A DNA stretch of 50,456 bases, counting the filler, from Bipalium vagum (Eukaryota), in the NCBI GenBank assembly GCA_037834085.1. It is 3 parts of 3 records of this genome, joined end to end, with 100 filler letters (N's around TTAATTAATTAA, not from the genome) between each part and the next. Parts side by side here need not be neighbours in the genome. Positions count along the whole stretch, not along the records: positions 1 to 15,886 come from JBBMKC010140030.1; 2 more parts are not named here. One strand, written 5' to 3'. Below are positions 1 to 12,500 of the stretch, piece after piece. The translations under genes were made by a program, and so were the position numbers. How positions within the stretch are numbered: position 1 is the stretch's first letter; each line of letters opens with the position of its first letter. The notes below the pieces were generated by a model. It did not search any database, was not told where the DNA came from, and saw only the letters and a list, made by a program, of their open reading frames with translations.

Positions 1-769
1 TGACAATGGCGAACCTAAATTGTCAAGATTAGATCAGGGTCCGCAAGGAGGGACCGATTTAGAATTATCGGTCTAAAAAGGGAATCGACATTCCCCAGTG
101 ATAAAGCTGGTCTACGATTGATTGATCGTCTCATTCTAACAGTATATAAAGAGTTGGAATCCGCAGTGGATTGCCACAGAATTGAGATCGACAATAATTT
201 GTGATCGTCAGAGGACTTTTGTTAGTGGAACAATCATTTGTGATGGTCAGAAGACTTTTGTTAGTGGAGCAATCATTTGGGATCATCAGAAGACTTTTTC
301 CAGTAGAACAGGACCATTATCATTGCTGTAATTCTTATATTGATGCCCTTATGCGACCGGAGATCACTGCGGGTCCTGTGCGGTTAGGGGGTTTCTGAGC
401 GGACCGGATTGGGCTCAGCAAACCACCCTTTGGACCTGTCGTTTACTCGTGGTGAGAGTATTCATTTGTTTCTTTTTTTAACTTCATTTGAACTAACATT
501 GATTTTTTTAATCAGTTGATTATTAATTATTTTTATTTTTTTTTAGTATAACATTATTGGATTCTGTGGTGATATAATTGATTTTATTAACAGTTGATTA
601 ACATTTTAGTGATTGTTTTGAATATTTTGTATTGTTTTTTAAACAATAAAGTGTTGTTTATAGTTGTTTGATTCATTCAATTGCGTATAGGTAAATGAAC
701 AAGTGAAGGGGTCAGTAACGTTTCGAGCAAAGGTTACGACAGAGTTCATAGTGAAGTAATATCGTAACA
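1..769 (+). mobile_element. Candidate LTR (3' part) of an LTR retrotransposon, cut by the window start
   Basis: Less AT-rich than its flank. TATATAAA at ~143, AATAAA at ~645, and the segment ends in CGTAACA (763-769), a typical LTR end. No second copy in the window. Confidence 0.35.
192..308 (+). repeat. 39-bp tandem repeat, 3 diverged copies (CAATCATTTGTGATGGTCAGAAGACTTTTGTTAGTGGAG-like)
   Basis: Units at 192-230, 231-269 and 270-308, read directly; explains the repetitive ORF 201..398. Confidence 0.85.
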
Positions 770-2339
770 CTTCATAAAATTTTAAAATTTGAGATTGAAT
801 ATAACCAGATAATTGTTATAATATTTGAACTTTTATTGGAAAAAGTTTGTTCGTAAAATTTGAATTTTTGGGTTTTAAAAAAAATTCTGGATTGAGAAAT
901 TCATTAATTATGTCTTTTACTTTTCCCTAAATTAAATAGAATCAAATTTCTTTAAATATTTTATTACTTTTTCATATATTTCAAAAAGAACTTTCGAAAT
1001 TGGTAAAATGATAAAATTTTCCTTTCTTAATGGTAAAAATCTCACTTTTATGTCAAATAAAAAATTTTAAAATCAATTTTCCAAGAAAAAGAATTAATTA
1101 ATGCATATATAAAAATATAGGTATATATAAAAATAGGAGTATTCCAGAATCACGGTTAGGGATTTTTTCGGTCAAAAAAGAGGACGGAATATCCTAAATG
1201 TAAATAACTAATTACGGAATTAACAAAACATTTATTATCATTGTTTTTTATTTTTACTATATATTGTAATTTGAATAGTAATTATATATATGATGATCCA
1301 ACTAAACTTTGATGTTCTAATAAATCTAATTTAATTTTATCTATTTTTCATCCAGAAATTTTTGCTCTTATTCTTCTATATACCTATTTAACTTTTCTGA
1401 ATATAATAAAAGCGTATATCTTATTTTTCTAGTTGTGAATAAAATTGATTTATTAATATTTCATTTTCATTTGTTTCTAAAGAAATTTTGAATAGGTGAA
1501 TAAATTTACATTTAATAAAAAATTGACAACTAAATTTATTGTTAATATATTTAAAATAATACTTAATAATGTCTATTAATTCATCTTGAAAAACAAAACT
1601 ATTATTATTATCTTGAATATTTTTCTTGAATAATTCCAATTTGTTAAATTGAAAATTTTTTAATTTATAATAATATTTTTGAAATTTATCTTCAAATTTA
1701 ATTTCATTTATATATATAGAATCATTTCCAGGCAGTTCTTTTAAAATATTATTATTTTTTAAGTTTCATTATGATTTTTAAAATTTAAATGAGAAATTAA
1801 TGCTGTTTTAATTTTAACATTTTTATTACATTCAATTCAAAATAAATCTTCTGGTTTCAATTATTTTTATAATAAAATGTTTATTTCTTTAAAAAATAAT
1901 GAATTAATAAATTTAAAAATTGATAAAATTTAAAAAAGGACACATTGCAAATTGAAACAATATGATACAATCAATGAAAAAAATTAAAAATCTGTGAGGT
2001 ACTCAAATCATCTAATTGTCAAAAAACCAATTCACAATAATCAACTCATTCAATTTCCAACATTGAATCAACTCAATTATAAAACAATTATTTTATATTA
2101 TGATTCAATCTTCGTTATATGTTCTGACAATTTTCATTTTATTTTATGATTTTAAAAACATCGAAAAACGATGATTTTACCATTGTGATTATATTTTTAT
2201 TATGACAATTTTCATTTTATGTTTTCATGAACAATTTTCATTAATAATTATTATATTTTTTTTAAATAAATAAAATCAAAATTTAATTTTAATAATGAAA
2301 TAATAAAATCAAATAAATAATGGAAGAAAATAAAAATAA

Positions 2340-3300
2340 TCAAGTCTTATAAAGAGTCATTTGAAGGATGAAGAACAGCGGGAGTGGAGTTGACGACAGG
2401 CAGCAGGTATTGTATGCAAAAGATCGAAGTTTAGAATTTACACTTCACATTAGGTGCTGCACATCATGTTGAGTAACCTCAGATGATATTTTGACCCATT
2501 CCTTTTCATTATAGCCCAATATTTTTCAATTGGTCGGATTAGAACTCTTCGGTAAAATATTGACCCCATTCTCATTGTATCAGTCCATGGCCGATTTTCC
2601 ATAGTGACATGTTGCCAAATCAGGCCAAAACACAACTGGATCGTTATGAACAAGTAACATAGGAAGAAGTCGTTTTTGCAAGCACTCCTCAACATAAATA
2701 TTTTGGTTCATAGTACCACAGTTACAAAACCCTGCTTTTCAAACCACATCTACAAATTGCTTGACAAACCAAATAGTTTTTTGCGAAGTTGTCCACTTTT
2801 TTTCTTTAAATTTTTGTACAACTCCGCCTTTCTTCTTTGAAGTATAGAAAAACTGACCAGGAATCTGATTAAAGTTTCGTCGTCCATTATGATGCAGTCA
2901 AAGTTGTGCACTTTATTGTCATACAGTTTTTGTGAACGATATTTGGCGGTTGCTTGCTGTTTATCGCTTCTGTTTGGAACCATTGAAACTTTTTATGATT
3001 TCAGACCTTCCTCTTTGCGACTTTTTGAACATAACCAGGCGACATTTTAACTTTTTTAGCCGTATCATGAATAGAGATTCAGGGATTTTTATGAAATGTA
3101 CGTACCACTTCCTTGGCCTTTTTCTCTGAGACAAATCCATTCTTTCGTCCACTTCCAACTTTTCTTTCTGTGCTTAATCGTTTATCGAAGTTTTTAAGCA
3201 CAAGTGTTACCGTTGATTTGGTAACATTTGAGATAAATCCACATTTTCCAGCTTTTTGCGCACAATTAATTCGCGAATACTTTCTTTTGTTGAGACCATT
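2340..3300 (-). mobile_element. Degenerate IS630-Tc1-mariner transposase, DD37E (ITmD37E)-like
   Basis: Frameshifted minus-strand pieces carry CIIMDDET, FWPDLATCHY and RPIEKYWAIMKR, with an HTH-like region at 2960-3300. WPDLA(S/T)CHY is remembered from DD37E-type elements. Confidence 0.75.
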
Positions 3301-3465
3301 TTTCTAAATTTTATAGAAACTAAAAAATTATAGATTCTTTATTATAAATTAATGATTCAGTTATAGATCTGTATGCTTACCTATATTTTTACAATTATAT
3401 CTGAGGTGTCACATGGGTTTGTATGAGACCATTTTTTTTCGTATACACTCTTTAGTTAAAAATTT

Positions 3466-3662
3466 TACAGAACGGGAATATTATTTCACGTTTCTGTTTT
3501 TGTTCAATTTATTAAAACTTCCAGCTTCTTCTTTTTGCTTTTGCTTCCATCATTTACGATCTAATAAATTAGTTGTCAGATTCTTTATTTTAACTTCAGA
3601 GCGTCTTCACTCTTCCTAGTGTAGATTGAGTTCCCTTTTAAATAACAATTGTCATTTCGATC
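3466..3662 (+). repeat. Interspersed ~200-bp repeat with a terminal hairpin, copy 1
   Basis: Aligns by eye with 25653-25845 in the same orientation; both start with an ACAGAAC...GTTTCTGT hairpin. Confidence 0.7.
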
Positions 3663-3859
3663 AAAGTTATATTATAAAAAATTTTCATTTTTTTATAATT
3701 TCATATGAATAAATATCTGAAAAAACTTAGTTACTTATTAAATACTATCTAAAATCCTTTTGTGATTGGTATACTACCTTCACATATACATTAGAGGAGT
3801 CAGAGAAATATTACCTCACCATCTTCAAAAACCCAAAAAATCCAAAAAATTGAAAAAAA

Positions 3860-4047
3860 AAAAGTGATAGTGAGAATGAGGGGTTGCGTTAATATTCAAT
3901 TTTTGATATTCGGTATTGTGGTATTGCAGTATTCTGTAATCGATATTCATGAAGTTTTAAAAATCAAAAGCAATTTGCGTTTAATCGATATTTGACATTT
4001 GGGGTTGGGTGTTGGGTTCAACCCATCATTTTCTCACAACTTCTGTA
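3860..4047 (+). repeat. MITE-like repeat, copy 1
   Basis: Imperfect terminal inverted repeats (GTGAGAATGAGGGG ... CCCATCATTTTCTCAC); related to 5748-5896. Confidence 0.5.
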
Positions 4048-4516
4048 CTAATTAAGTATTTAATTTCATATAATTAGAAATATTTAACTTTTTTGATTAT
4101 AATTTTTATAATAATTTTTAAAATTTGATTGCCCTTATTAACGAATGATAATTTTGAAAAATTAAAACAAACGTCACTTTGGGGAATTAGGACGGTAAAA
4201 AATCCCTAAACTTTTTATTTTTATTGAAAATTTTAAAGATTTCAGGAATAGATTTTTGACAGATTATGAGTAATTATTTTGAAATCATAGTAAACTTTAA
4301 TGTTTAAAACATTTCAATTTTTGTGTTTTCGGTTTTTAATGCATTTTAAAAAATATAAATATTACAATATAATTTTTATTAATATATCATGAATTTTCTT
4401 TCAATAATTAAAAACTATTTTTGATAGTATTTCATTTTCTTATTAATTTAATTTAATTTAACTATTTGTTTACATAATTTTTATCAAAATTTTTAAATTC
4501 TAGTTTACTGGAAAAT

Positions 4517-5455
4517 ATGAATCTCTGTGAAGTTTGTTCAAATTTTGAAGTAACATTTATGACAAAATGCCAACATAGAATTTCCAGGTTTTATAAGTAT
4601 TTTATAACTATTCTAATTTTATCTTGTAGGTCGTGCTTTATTACATATATGTCTAATTTGAAAAAATATCCTGCCCCTTGTTTTTCATGTAAAAATACAC
4701 TTTCTGAAGAAGAATGTGAAAGAGTTTGCTTATTTTTAATCCTTTGGTATAAGCATAAATTTAATATTTAATTGTTGATTAGTTTTGGAATTAAAAAGGT
4801 GATTTTTTAAAAAGAATTTAATGTTCATTTTTTCAGATTTCGGGGAATCCTTTTCCCGAGGATCTTAAAGTTCATCATATTACTATGACGAATAAAAATG
4901 TGATCAAGTGTTATAATCCTGATTGTTTATGTGTATATGACACTAAAGGACAACAAATAAATGAATTTGTATGTAAAAATTGTAATAAAAAATCATGTTT
5001 TCAATGTGACGCCATTCATAATTTGGGCGAAACTTGTGTCGAGTGGAAGAAAAATAACGAGGGGATTCTTCAAGGTCGGCGTAAAATGGCCAAAGAAATA
5101 AAAGTTTCGTAGATGAATTTGAATAGAGTAATAAATAATTTAACAATTTGAATATTTAGTGCCAAGAGAAGTCACATCATGGAATGGAATGCGTTGAATG
5201 CCGTTCTTTTGTCCAGAAAATTGTTGGTTGTGATTTTATTCAATGCCCTTTGTGTTCTACATTTCTTTGTTTTAAAACTAAACAAAGACGATGGGGTCCG
5301 AAAGTAATGATTGAAATCTTTGTGTATATTTGGTGAACATTATCCAGGGTCCTGGAGACATTTCTGGCGGTTGTCAGTGTCTCTCGGATGGAAAAACTCG
5401 TTGTCATCCAAGATGTAAAGGATGCCAGCCACACCCAGAGCTGCAATTTCATTGA
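4517..5455 (+). CDS. RBCK1: HOIL-1/RBCK1-like RBR E3 ubiquitin ligase (RING1-IBR-RING2 only), spliced
   Basis: Exons 4517-4587, 4630-4723 (or to 4746 plus a micro-exon 4783-4798), 4837-5103, 5160-5303, 5348-5455 (TGA). The C-terminus CVECRSFVQKIVGCDFIQCPLCSTFLCFKTKQRRWGPKGPGDISGGCQC..CHPRCKGC matches the HOIL-1 RING2 signature (GCDW..RWGPGGPGDTSGGCRC..CHPSCQNCH). Confidence 0.88.
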
Positions 5456-5747
5456 TCCAATATCAACTTGATGCTTCTTAAATTGTGCTCCTCTTTTATC
5501 AGATTTTATATGAGTAACGTTGGTATTTACCAATCCAATGGTGATTCAATGTTCTCTAATATAAATATATTATACATTTTTTGCTCAGATTTAATTTTTA
5601 TTCAGTCAATTATATAATTACTTTTAAGGTTAATTTATTCAACCTTGAAGTAAACTTTTTTCACCTTTAATTTTTTTCTAACTCTGTAATCCTTCATCCG
5701 TTTTAAATATTTTTATTCATAATCTTCTTTAGTACTGTAAACTGCTT

Positions 5748-5896
5748 ATTGCGTTGATATTCAAAGTTCAGTATTCGATATTGGTAAAAATAAACTAAAT
5801 TTATTCGATTTTCGAAATTTTAAAAATCAAATCGGGTTTATTCGATATTTGGGCTTTGGTGTTGATAGCAATTAATAGTTTCTCCACTACTCTGTT
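5748..5896 (+). repeat. MITE-like repeat, copy 2 (partial)
   Basis: Shares TTGCGTT(A/G)ATATTCAA, TTTTAAAAATCAAA, TCGATATTTG and the terminal TTCTC..CTCTGT with 3860-4047. Confidence 0.5.
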
Positions 5897-6208
5897 AAAA
5901 TTTATAAAAATATTTTTCTTCATTCGAATCTCAGTCATACTTTTTTAAGTTCAACGGTTAACTGTCAAAAAATAAAATTGATAAAACCACGAAACTAAAA
6001 ATAAATAATTATTAACATAAAAATAGTTAGTGTTTGTTTTCCGTTTTCTAAAATCATTATTGTTACATGACTAAGATTTCAATAATCCAATAAAATTAAT
6101 TTAAACAAAAAATTTAATTAATCCGGCTAATTTAGGAATAATTAAAGTTATAAGTTCCAAAGCAAAAATCAATTATTATCTTTGTGAATTTTCACTGTTA
6201 TTAATTAA

Positions 6209-9130
6209 TTATTGTTTGGAATCTCCTACTTCTGGTACATATATTGGATTGTCAAACATTATCTCATTGGCAGCTTCTGGAAGTTCAATTGCTTCTATGC
6301 CACTGGGGAAAACATTGGAAATATCATCACTCTGCTCCTCCAGTCTGGATCTTTTGAAATTATTGGAAAAGTATCTGATTTTAATGTTGGGTAACTTCAA
6401 TTTTGAAAGAGATATCGAACTTATTCTTGATAATGCATCCGTAATCAAAATCGGTTTATAACTAAAATATACACTTTTGAATAAGACTGAATAAAATTTA
6501 AAAAATACCGCCTAATCAATAATATTATCAATATGCAGAAAAGAATTGGGAAAATCAATCCGAGAATTGGAGCCAAAATCTGAGGCTGATCTAAAAAAAC
6601 CAATACGATCACATTTTAAAAAGTGAAACAGAAAATATTTAATGTAAATCAACTTCCTGTCAACTGAAAAGTTTTCATTTGTCCAATTTTTTTTAATAAA
6701 ATAATTATATGAAAATCTCATTTTAAAATTTTTTAAAATTTTACAAAGATACTAGATGATTATGTTCCATCGAAAAATAGAAATAATTATAAATTTTATT
6801 AAACTGTGGGAAAATTAAATATTTATTTACACCATTAATAATTATAATTGAAGATTTAATATAATAAATTGTAATACATAATTTATAAATATTTATAAAA
6901 TATTTGTCTTAGTGGATTTAAAAGAAATATTATAATTAATATTTATTCAATACAATTGATTCATATAATTTATTGATTTTTTATATTAATTATCAATAAT
7001 ATATTTAATATAATCAAAAAGACTGAAAAAGATATTTTAGTGCTTATGCCAAAATATGAATCATTAAAAAAACAAGTTTTCAAAGAACTAAAAAAGCAGA
7101 AATTTTGAAACATCAACACGAGATTATTATAAAAAACGTTTATGAAAAGTTCTCTAAGATCGATTTGATTAAAAAAATAATAAAAAAATATTATTTATAA
7201 TAATTTATATTAATTTATATAAAAATAAATATTAATTTATATAAAAATAAATAATTATACGAAAGACGAATTTACTCAAAAGGAAAATGAATATTGTCTA
7301 TCAATCTATTAATTCAAAGCACAATTCGTTAGATATCTACTGGAGCTGAGTACTAAGTTCAATTTCGTTGGATTCGTTTAATGGAACCTATTACGCAGAT
7401 TAAATTACTTATACACTTTATTATTGCTAAACTCTAAAAATTAAAATAAATTTCCAAGATCATATCTCAAAGAATGTGCTTAAGTCTCAATATATATGCT
7501 TGAGATGTTCAATTTATATCTAAAATCTTTAAAAAATTGGATACTATTTTATGAATTTTTATTTTGGAATTTTGTAATTTGAAAACTCAGCTTCTTGTAG
7601 CTCCTTTATTTAGACTTTATTTAGAATTTTTACAGTGGCTGTGTAAGGAGTTTAATCATAACTAGTAAAAGTTTATTGCCATTTTTGCATTATTTCTATT
7701 TAAAAATGTCATTTTATAGCATTTAAAACTTGTTTTAATAATTAAGTTTTATGCAGTTTTTAAAATTCTCTATAATGCCGAAAACAAGAGTGAAAAAGAA
7801 TTAATTATATCGTATTTAAAGACTCATAATGATGAATTTGTGTATCATTCTCAAAACAAGTTAGGAAAAATGTTTGCTGAAGACAGAAATCTTAAAAGTG
7901 AAAATATTTATCATTATTTCTCACAATATTACAATGTTTTCCAGAATAAATCTTGTTACGTACTATTTTTATTTTTTTAATGCCATTTTTAACTTGTCCT
8001 AATCATAACATAAGAATTTTAATTTAAAATCAAAATTTGAAAAATGCCTATTTAGAAAATGGATTCAAAGTCACAATGTAGTCAAAAAAATTTCCTAAAT
8101 GAGTAATTATACATAATTACTAATTAATATATAGATATTAAAATTCCTTTTTGTTTTAATTTTTCTAAAAAGCGAAAAATTAAATGACATTACAAAAGAT
8201 GCATTTATGGTATTTCTTATTATTTGCCTTTCAATTGAAGACAACGATAAGTGAAGCTAAAGATATGGTTATTTCTGATTTGGGTAAAGGCATAGTGAGC
8301 TATAAAACAAAAAAACGCCATAGCCGATTCAGAAGCAGAAATTTAGATCTTTCAGAATACAAATGCCAATAAAAAAACATTGATCTTGAGAATGTGTTAG
8401 AAGAGAATCCATGTAAGATGATATATACTATTTGGTGCTAACACCACGTGAAACAGTCATATCGGAAAGCTATTTAGACCAATTGGATCACCTAAAACCA
8501 GTGCTTGAAAAAAAGATAGACAACTTAATGGTCTTAGAAGAAAGCCTGTTTTATTCTGCATGACAATGCGCGACTACATATGCCAAAGAATAAGGTTATA
8601 AATGAGGTTTTTAAAAACCATTCAATGTATTTTCCATCGTTATAATGAATTTCTGCCATAAATTTGGAAAAGTGGATATTCCGCGGCGATCAAATGAATT
8701 TTCTTTAAAATGAATCCAATTGGACACCCAATTTTAATCGACGTATCAATTGATTACCGCCCAAGGAATAATTCCTTAAATTTCTGCTCATGTTTAACTA
8801 ACACTATAGATAAGAATGAGAATTAGAAATTTCTAAGAATAACGGAAATTGGAAATATTATAATCCATTATATAATAGATTGGTTATACACTTTCTGTGT
8901 AATATTTTCAACAGAAGTTAATCTATTCAACTCCTCTGAGAAGTGATTATATCCTTTCAATTGGCTGTCAAAATTATCGCGTATTTTTCTTGAAATTACT
9001 CCTTATTTACTTACCGCTTTTTGTTTCTTTTTTTCAAGCAAAAGTCAATTTAGAGGAAAACTTCCACACTAACATTTATACCGTCCAGCACATATAGAAA
9101 CTTCAATTCTGATTCCAGTTCTAATAATTC

Positions 9131-9212
<82 letters not shown>

Positions 9213-12200
9213 GCACACCATTAAAATTTGATCAAATATTGGAAAGTTAAAGATAATTTAGAAAATATTTCGATAAGAAATATAACAAATTAAATTTAAA
9301 GACAAACGTTACTCTTTATCGCTCCAGCTTGAGAAGTATGTGACGCTTCAATGATTTCAAATCCAATTTCTTTCTTTTCTATAAGATATAAACTGGGATT
9401 TATGGATAAACTTTAAAAAACCGATAGCAAAAACACGGGTTAATGAATGAACATTTTTTAAAATAAGGGGAAAATGTTCTGTCTTACAAACATCATTTTT
9501 AGATTTTATTAAAAATAATAAACCAAATTTGGCAATGTCTGATAATATTTGACTCCAAGAGCAATGATTAAAGCATAGCTAAATTTTTTATTACAATCAA
9601 TAATAATTATATTAATAATAATAGTATAAAATAATAAATAAATAATAATATTATAATGAAATAATATAATTAATAATGATAATAAACTAATAAAAACTTG
9701 TGATGATTTTTTCGACTATTTCTCCGGTAATCTCATTGAATTCTGCAGTTTTTTGCGATCTAGAACCTAAGGTCAGCTGAAATTCGTCAACATCAGTTTC
9801 AAGTAAATCAAATGTTATTTTCGTCTGAAATTAATATCATAAAATATAATTGACCTCTGTCAACACAAGTTCATTTTACACTATACGCTTCTTCGAGAAA
9901 GTTGTTCAACCACTCGGAAAATATCTTTCTATTCGATATATTATCCAATTTCATTTTCAAATAGTGACCTGTAGATTAGGAAATAATTTTCAAGAAAAAT
10001 AATCACTCTGAATTAAATAATCATATTTTATTTAATATTTTTTCATTATTAAATTTTATTTACAGAATCAGTTGAATGATTTAATGGACCAATGAAGATA
10101 AAATAATATCGAAAACCGATAATAATATATAAACTTGAACAAAAATTTCTGCAAAAAAAATTATTTTTTTCAAGATGAGATTTTTTGTCATTATTATTAA
10201 TCCTATTTTTCTTCTTAAATTTCAATTTCATTTTCACTAGTAGCTGTAATATCAAGAAAAGACATTTTTTGTATTAAATTTATTTTTTCAAAATTTACCA
10301 AAATCCGCCGTTATTTATACAAAAACTGTTTATTCAATAAATTAATGTAATGTGCCTATTTTATTTTCAAGCATATATTTTTTACAAAATATCATTTTGG
10401 AATTTAATAAAACAAATTTTTAAAATATAAAATAATCTAAGCTTAGTTAACTTTAAATATTGAGGCACATTATAAGAATTTTAAAAATTCTACAATATGT
10501 TTGAAATATTCAGTCACAAATGATCACTTTTGACAAATGAGATTTAATTTTTTTGTTAAGTTGAGCTCCACTGTTAAAATTTCATTTCCAATGGATAAAT
10601 GTACATAAAAAATAGGAAAGCTTAAAAGTGGTCACACAGCTTAACTTGGAATTCATTTTCATTCTACCGTATTCGAGTTGGTGAAAGAATTTTGTCAAGT
10701 CAAAAAATTTGAGACACTCAATCACAAAACAATCAGACACAAATAAAATGAAGTTCTGTCAATCAATATTATAATGTGATATTAAAACTGTGAATACAAT
10801 ACCACTCTGATATCGAAACGGTTTTTAACGGTTAACAGATTTTGTATCAAAAATTGCAGAATATAATCATGAAGATAATTTTTTAGGAAGTCATTTTGTG
10901 CTTTTGAAAATAAATAAATTATCTTAAAAATCAATAAATAGAGAAAAGGAGCATAAATAGATTCTTCATAACTTAATTTTTAAAACAATAAAGGTTCAGA
11001 AAACCATTAATCCCAAATCTTGTTTCTTTCGAGAGCAACGCGTTTGGAGGAAACTTTTCATCCTCGTTCTCGTGAGAGAAAAAACTGTATTCGAGTAAAA
11101 ATATTCATCTTGTACCTTCCTTTATTGTCTACCCTTAGAATTCTCAAAAATAAGAAATTGTGACTTTTTGTCCAAATTTTTTTCTTTATTTCTGATTTTC
11201 ATTTATTCTACAGTTTTCCCATTTGATCTAATGTATAATTTTATCTAAAGAATTGTTTTTTTTCAAACTAAAACCATTTATCCTACAAATAAAGTTATTT
11301 TTCACTTAACTAATACCTAGATATTCATATATTGATAAATTCATTTATAAAGAATAAAACATTACTATCAATACAGAATCGATCAAGAATAAATAATAAA
11401 TATTAATTAGCATAAATTATACAGTCACTTGAAAAATTACCGCATAAGTAACAACAACTGCCTTCAGGTTTGACCGAGTGATCGCAAGACTGTGCTTGAC
11501 AGGTCGCATATTTGCATAGAGTCTGCATCCTCTGGAAATGAAGACTAAATGTAGACAGATAAATGAGCAAAAACAATTCGACTTTTTTAAACCCTTTTTT
11601 AATCAAACAGGTTTTTAACCGAATAAAAAAATGATACTTCTAAATTACTGTTTTTATTGCACGATTTTGTTCTACATCGACTTCCCAACAATTCTATCAG
11701 AGGAGGGTAAGTGGAGTTGGTATTCTCAAATTCAGGAACTTTATTCACAAAGGTACGTCGGATTTTTTGGCGAAATAAGATGGAATTGGAATAGATCTGA
11801 TAAAAGTTGAATTTTTGGTCTTTATTTGACTCAAAACCTAACTGTTCCTCTGTAAAATATTCTACTGGCCAATATCTTAGGTTCTGATGGATTTACACCC
11901 ACGTAGAATGTGCTACGCATTGGAAAAACAGCCATATCATTTCCTGAAGGAACTAAAGATGCGTCGATTTTTGGTTTCTCTAGGCATGGTGAATTTACAG
12001 TTTTGGCTTCACACCAATTGCTGGAATTGTACCAGAAATCAGGATCGATTTTGTTATAATGGAAAACTTTAAGAAAAAACTGAAAATAATCTTTTAAAAT
12101 ATTTTTTGTACCTGACATTTCACAGTCATGCAATTCATTTTGAGGAATCACACCGCTCAGTGTTACCACGTTATCTAATATCAACTCACCGTTTTCTGGT

Positions 12201-12500
12201 AGTATCTTCAAAACATAAAATATAGGAAAAGTAAACATAAAGTATAACAATATCAGATAAGTAGTAGTTTCCAAGAGAACCATTTATAAAGACTTTAGGT
12301 GATTTTGTAGGAAATATAACATGATGTCCTAAGCATGGTATTCTGTTTTCTTTCCAATTGTTTTTATTCCAATAATTTGTATTAGGTAAGAAAATCTTTA
12401 CTGAATTTAACATAAGTAAATATTAAATTAAATTAAACTTACCGTTTCTTGAAGAAACTATACCAAAATAGAAAGCACAACAAATTATTAAAAAATTCAT
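6209..12500 (-). CDS. AMN: Amnionless (cubilin partner, type I membrane endocytic co-receptor), multi-exon
   Basis: Signal peptide exon 12500-12443. Exons 12400-12249 (FLPNTNYWNKNNWKENRIPC), 12205-12112 (ILPENGELIL), 12066-11843 and 11796-~11637. VWC-like exon ~11533-11441 (CQAQSCDHSVKPEGSCCYLCG), SEA-like exons ~9970-9700, TM exon ~6590-6510 (ILAPILGLIFPILFCILIILLI), last exon ~6461-6209 with an FDNPIY endocytic motif. Middle exons are approximate. Confidence 0.85.
7020..7960 (+). mobile_element. Possible highly decayed MULE-type transposase fragment in an AMN intron
   Basis: Only fragmentary motif-like peptides (LMPKYESLKKQV; YFSQYY); many stops. Confidence 0.25.
8184..8620 (+). mobile_element. 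Internally deleted mariner transposase remnant in an AMN intron
   Basis: Mariner-like N-terminus (HLWYFLLFAFQL..SRFRSRNLDLSE) and LHDNARLH near 8555-8585. Confidence 0.75.
9134..9211. repeat. (ATT)n microsatellite
   Basis: Read directly. Confidence 0.97.

Noticed and set aside
192-308. CRISPR-like appearance of the 39-bp and 32-bp periodic repeats (also 32403-32525)
   Set aside because: Tandem units without unique spacers, no cas genes, eukaryotic context.
4588-4629. In-frame stop-free introns (also 12067-12111 and 43096-43137) read as protein insertions or as evidence of an alternative genetic code
   Set aside because: They have GT-AG ends and removing them restores domain spacing; TAA, TAG and TGA all serve as stops in these genes.
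6512-6721. ORF 6512..6721 as a separate gene
   Set aside because: Wrong frame; another frame encodes the AMN transmembrane exon.
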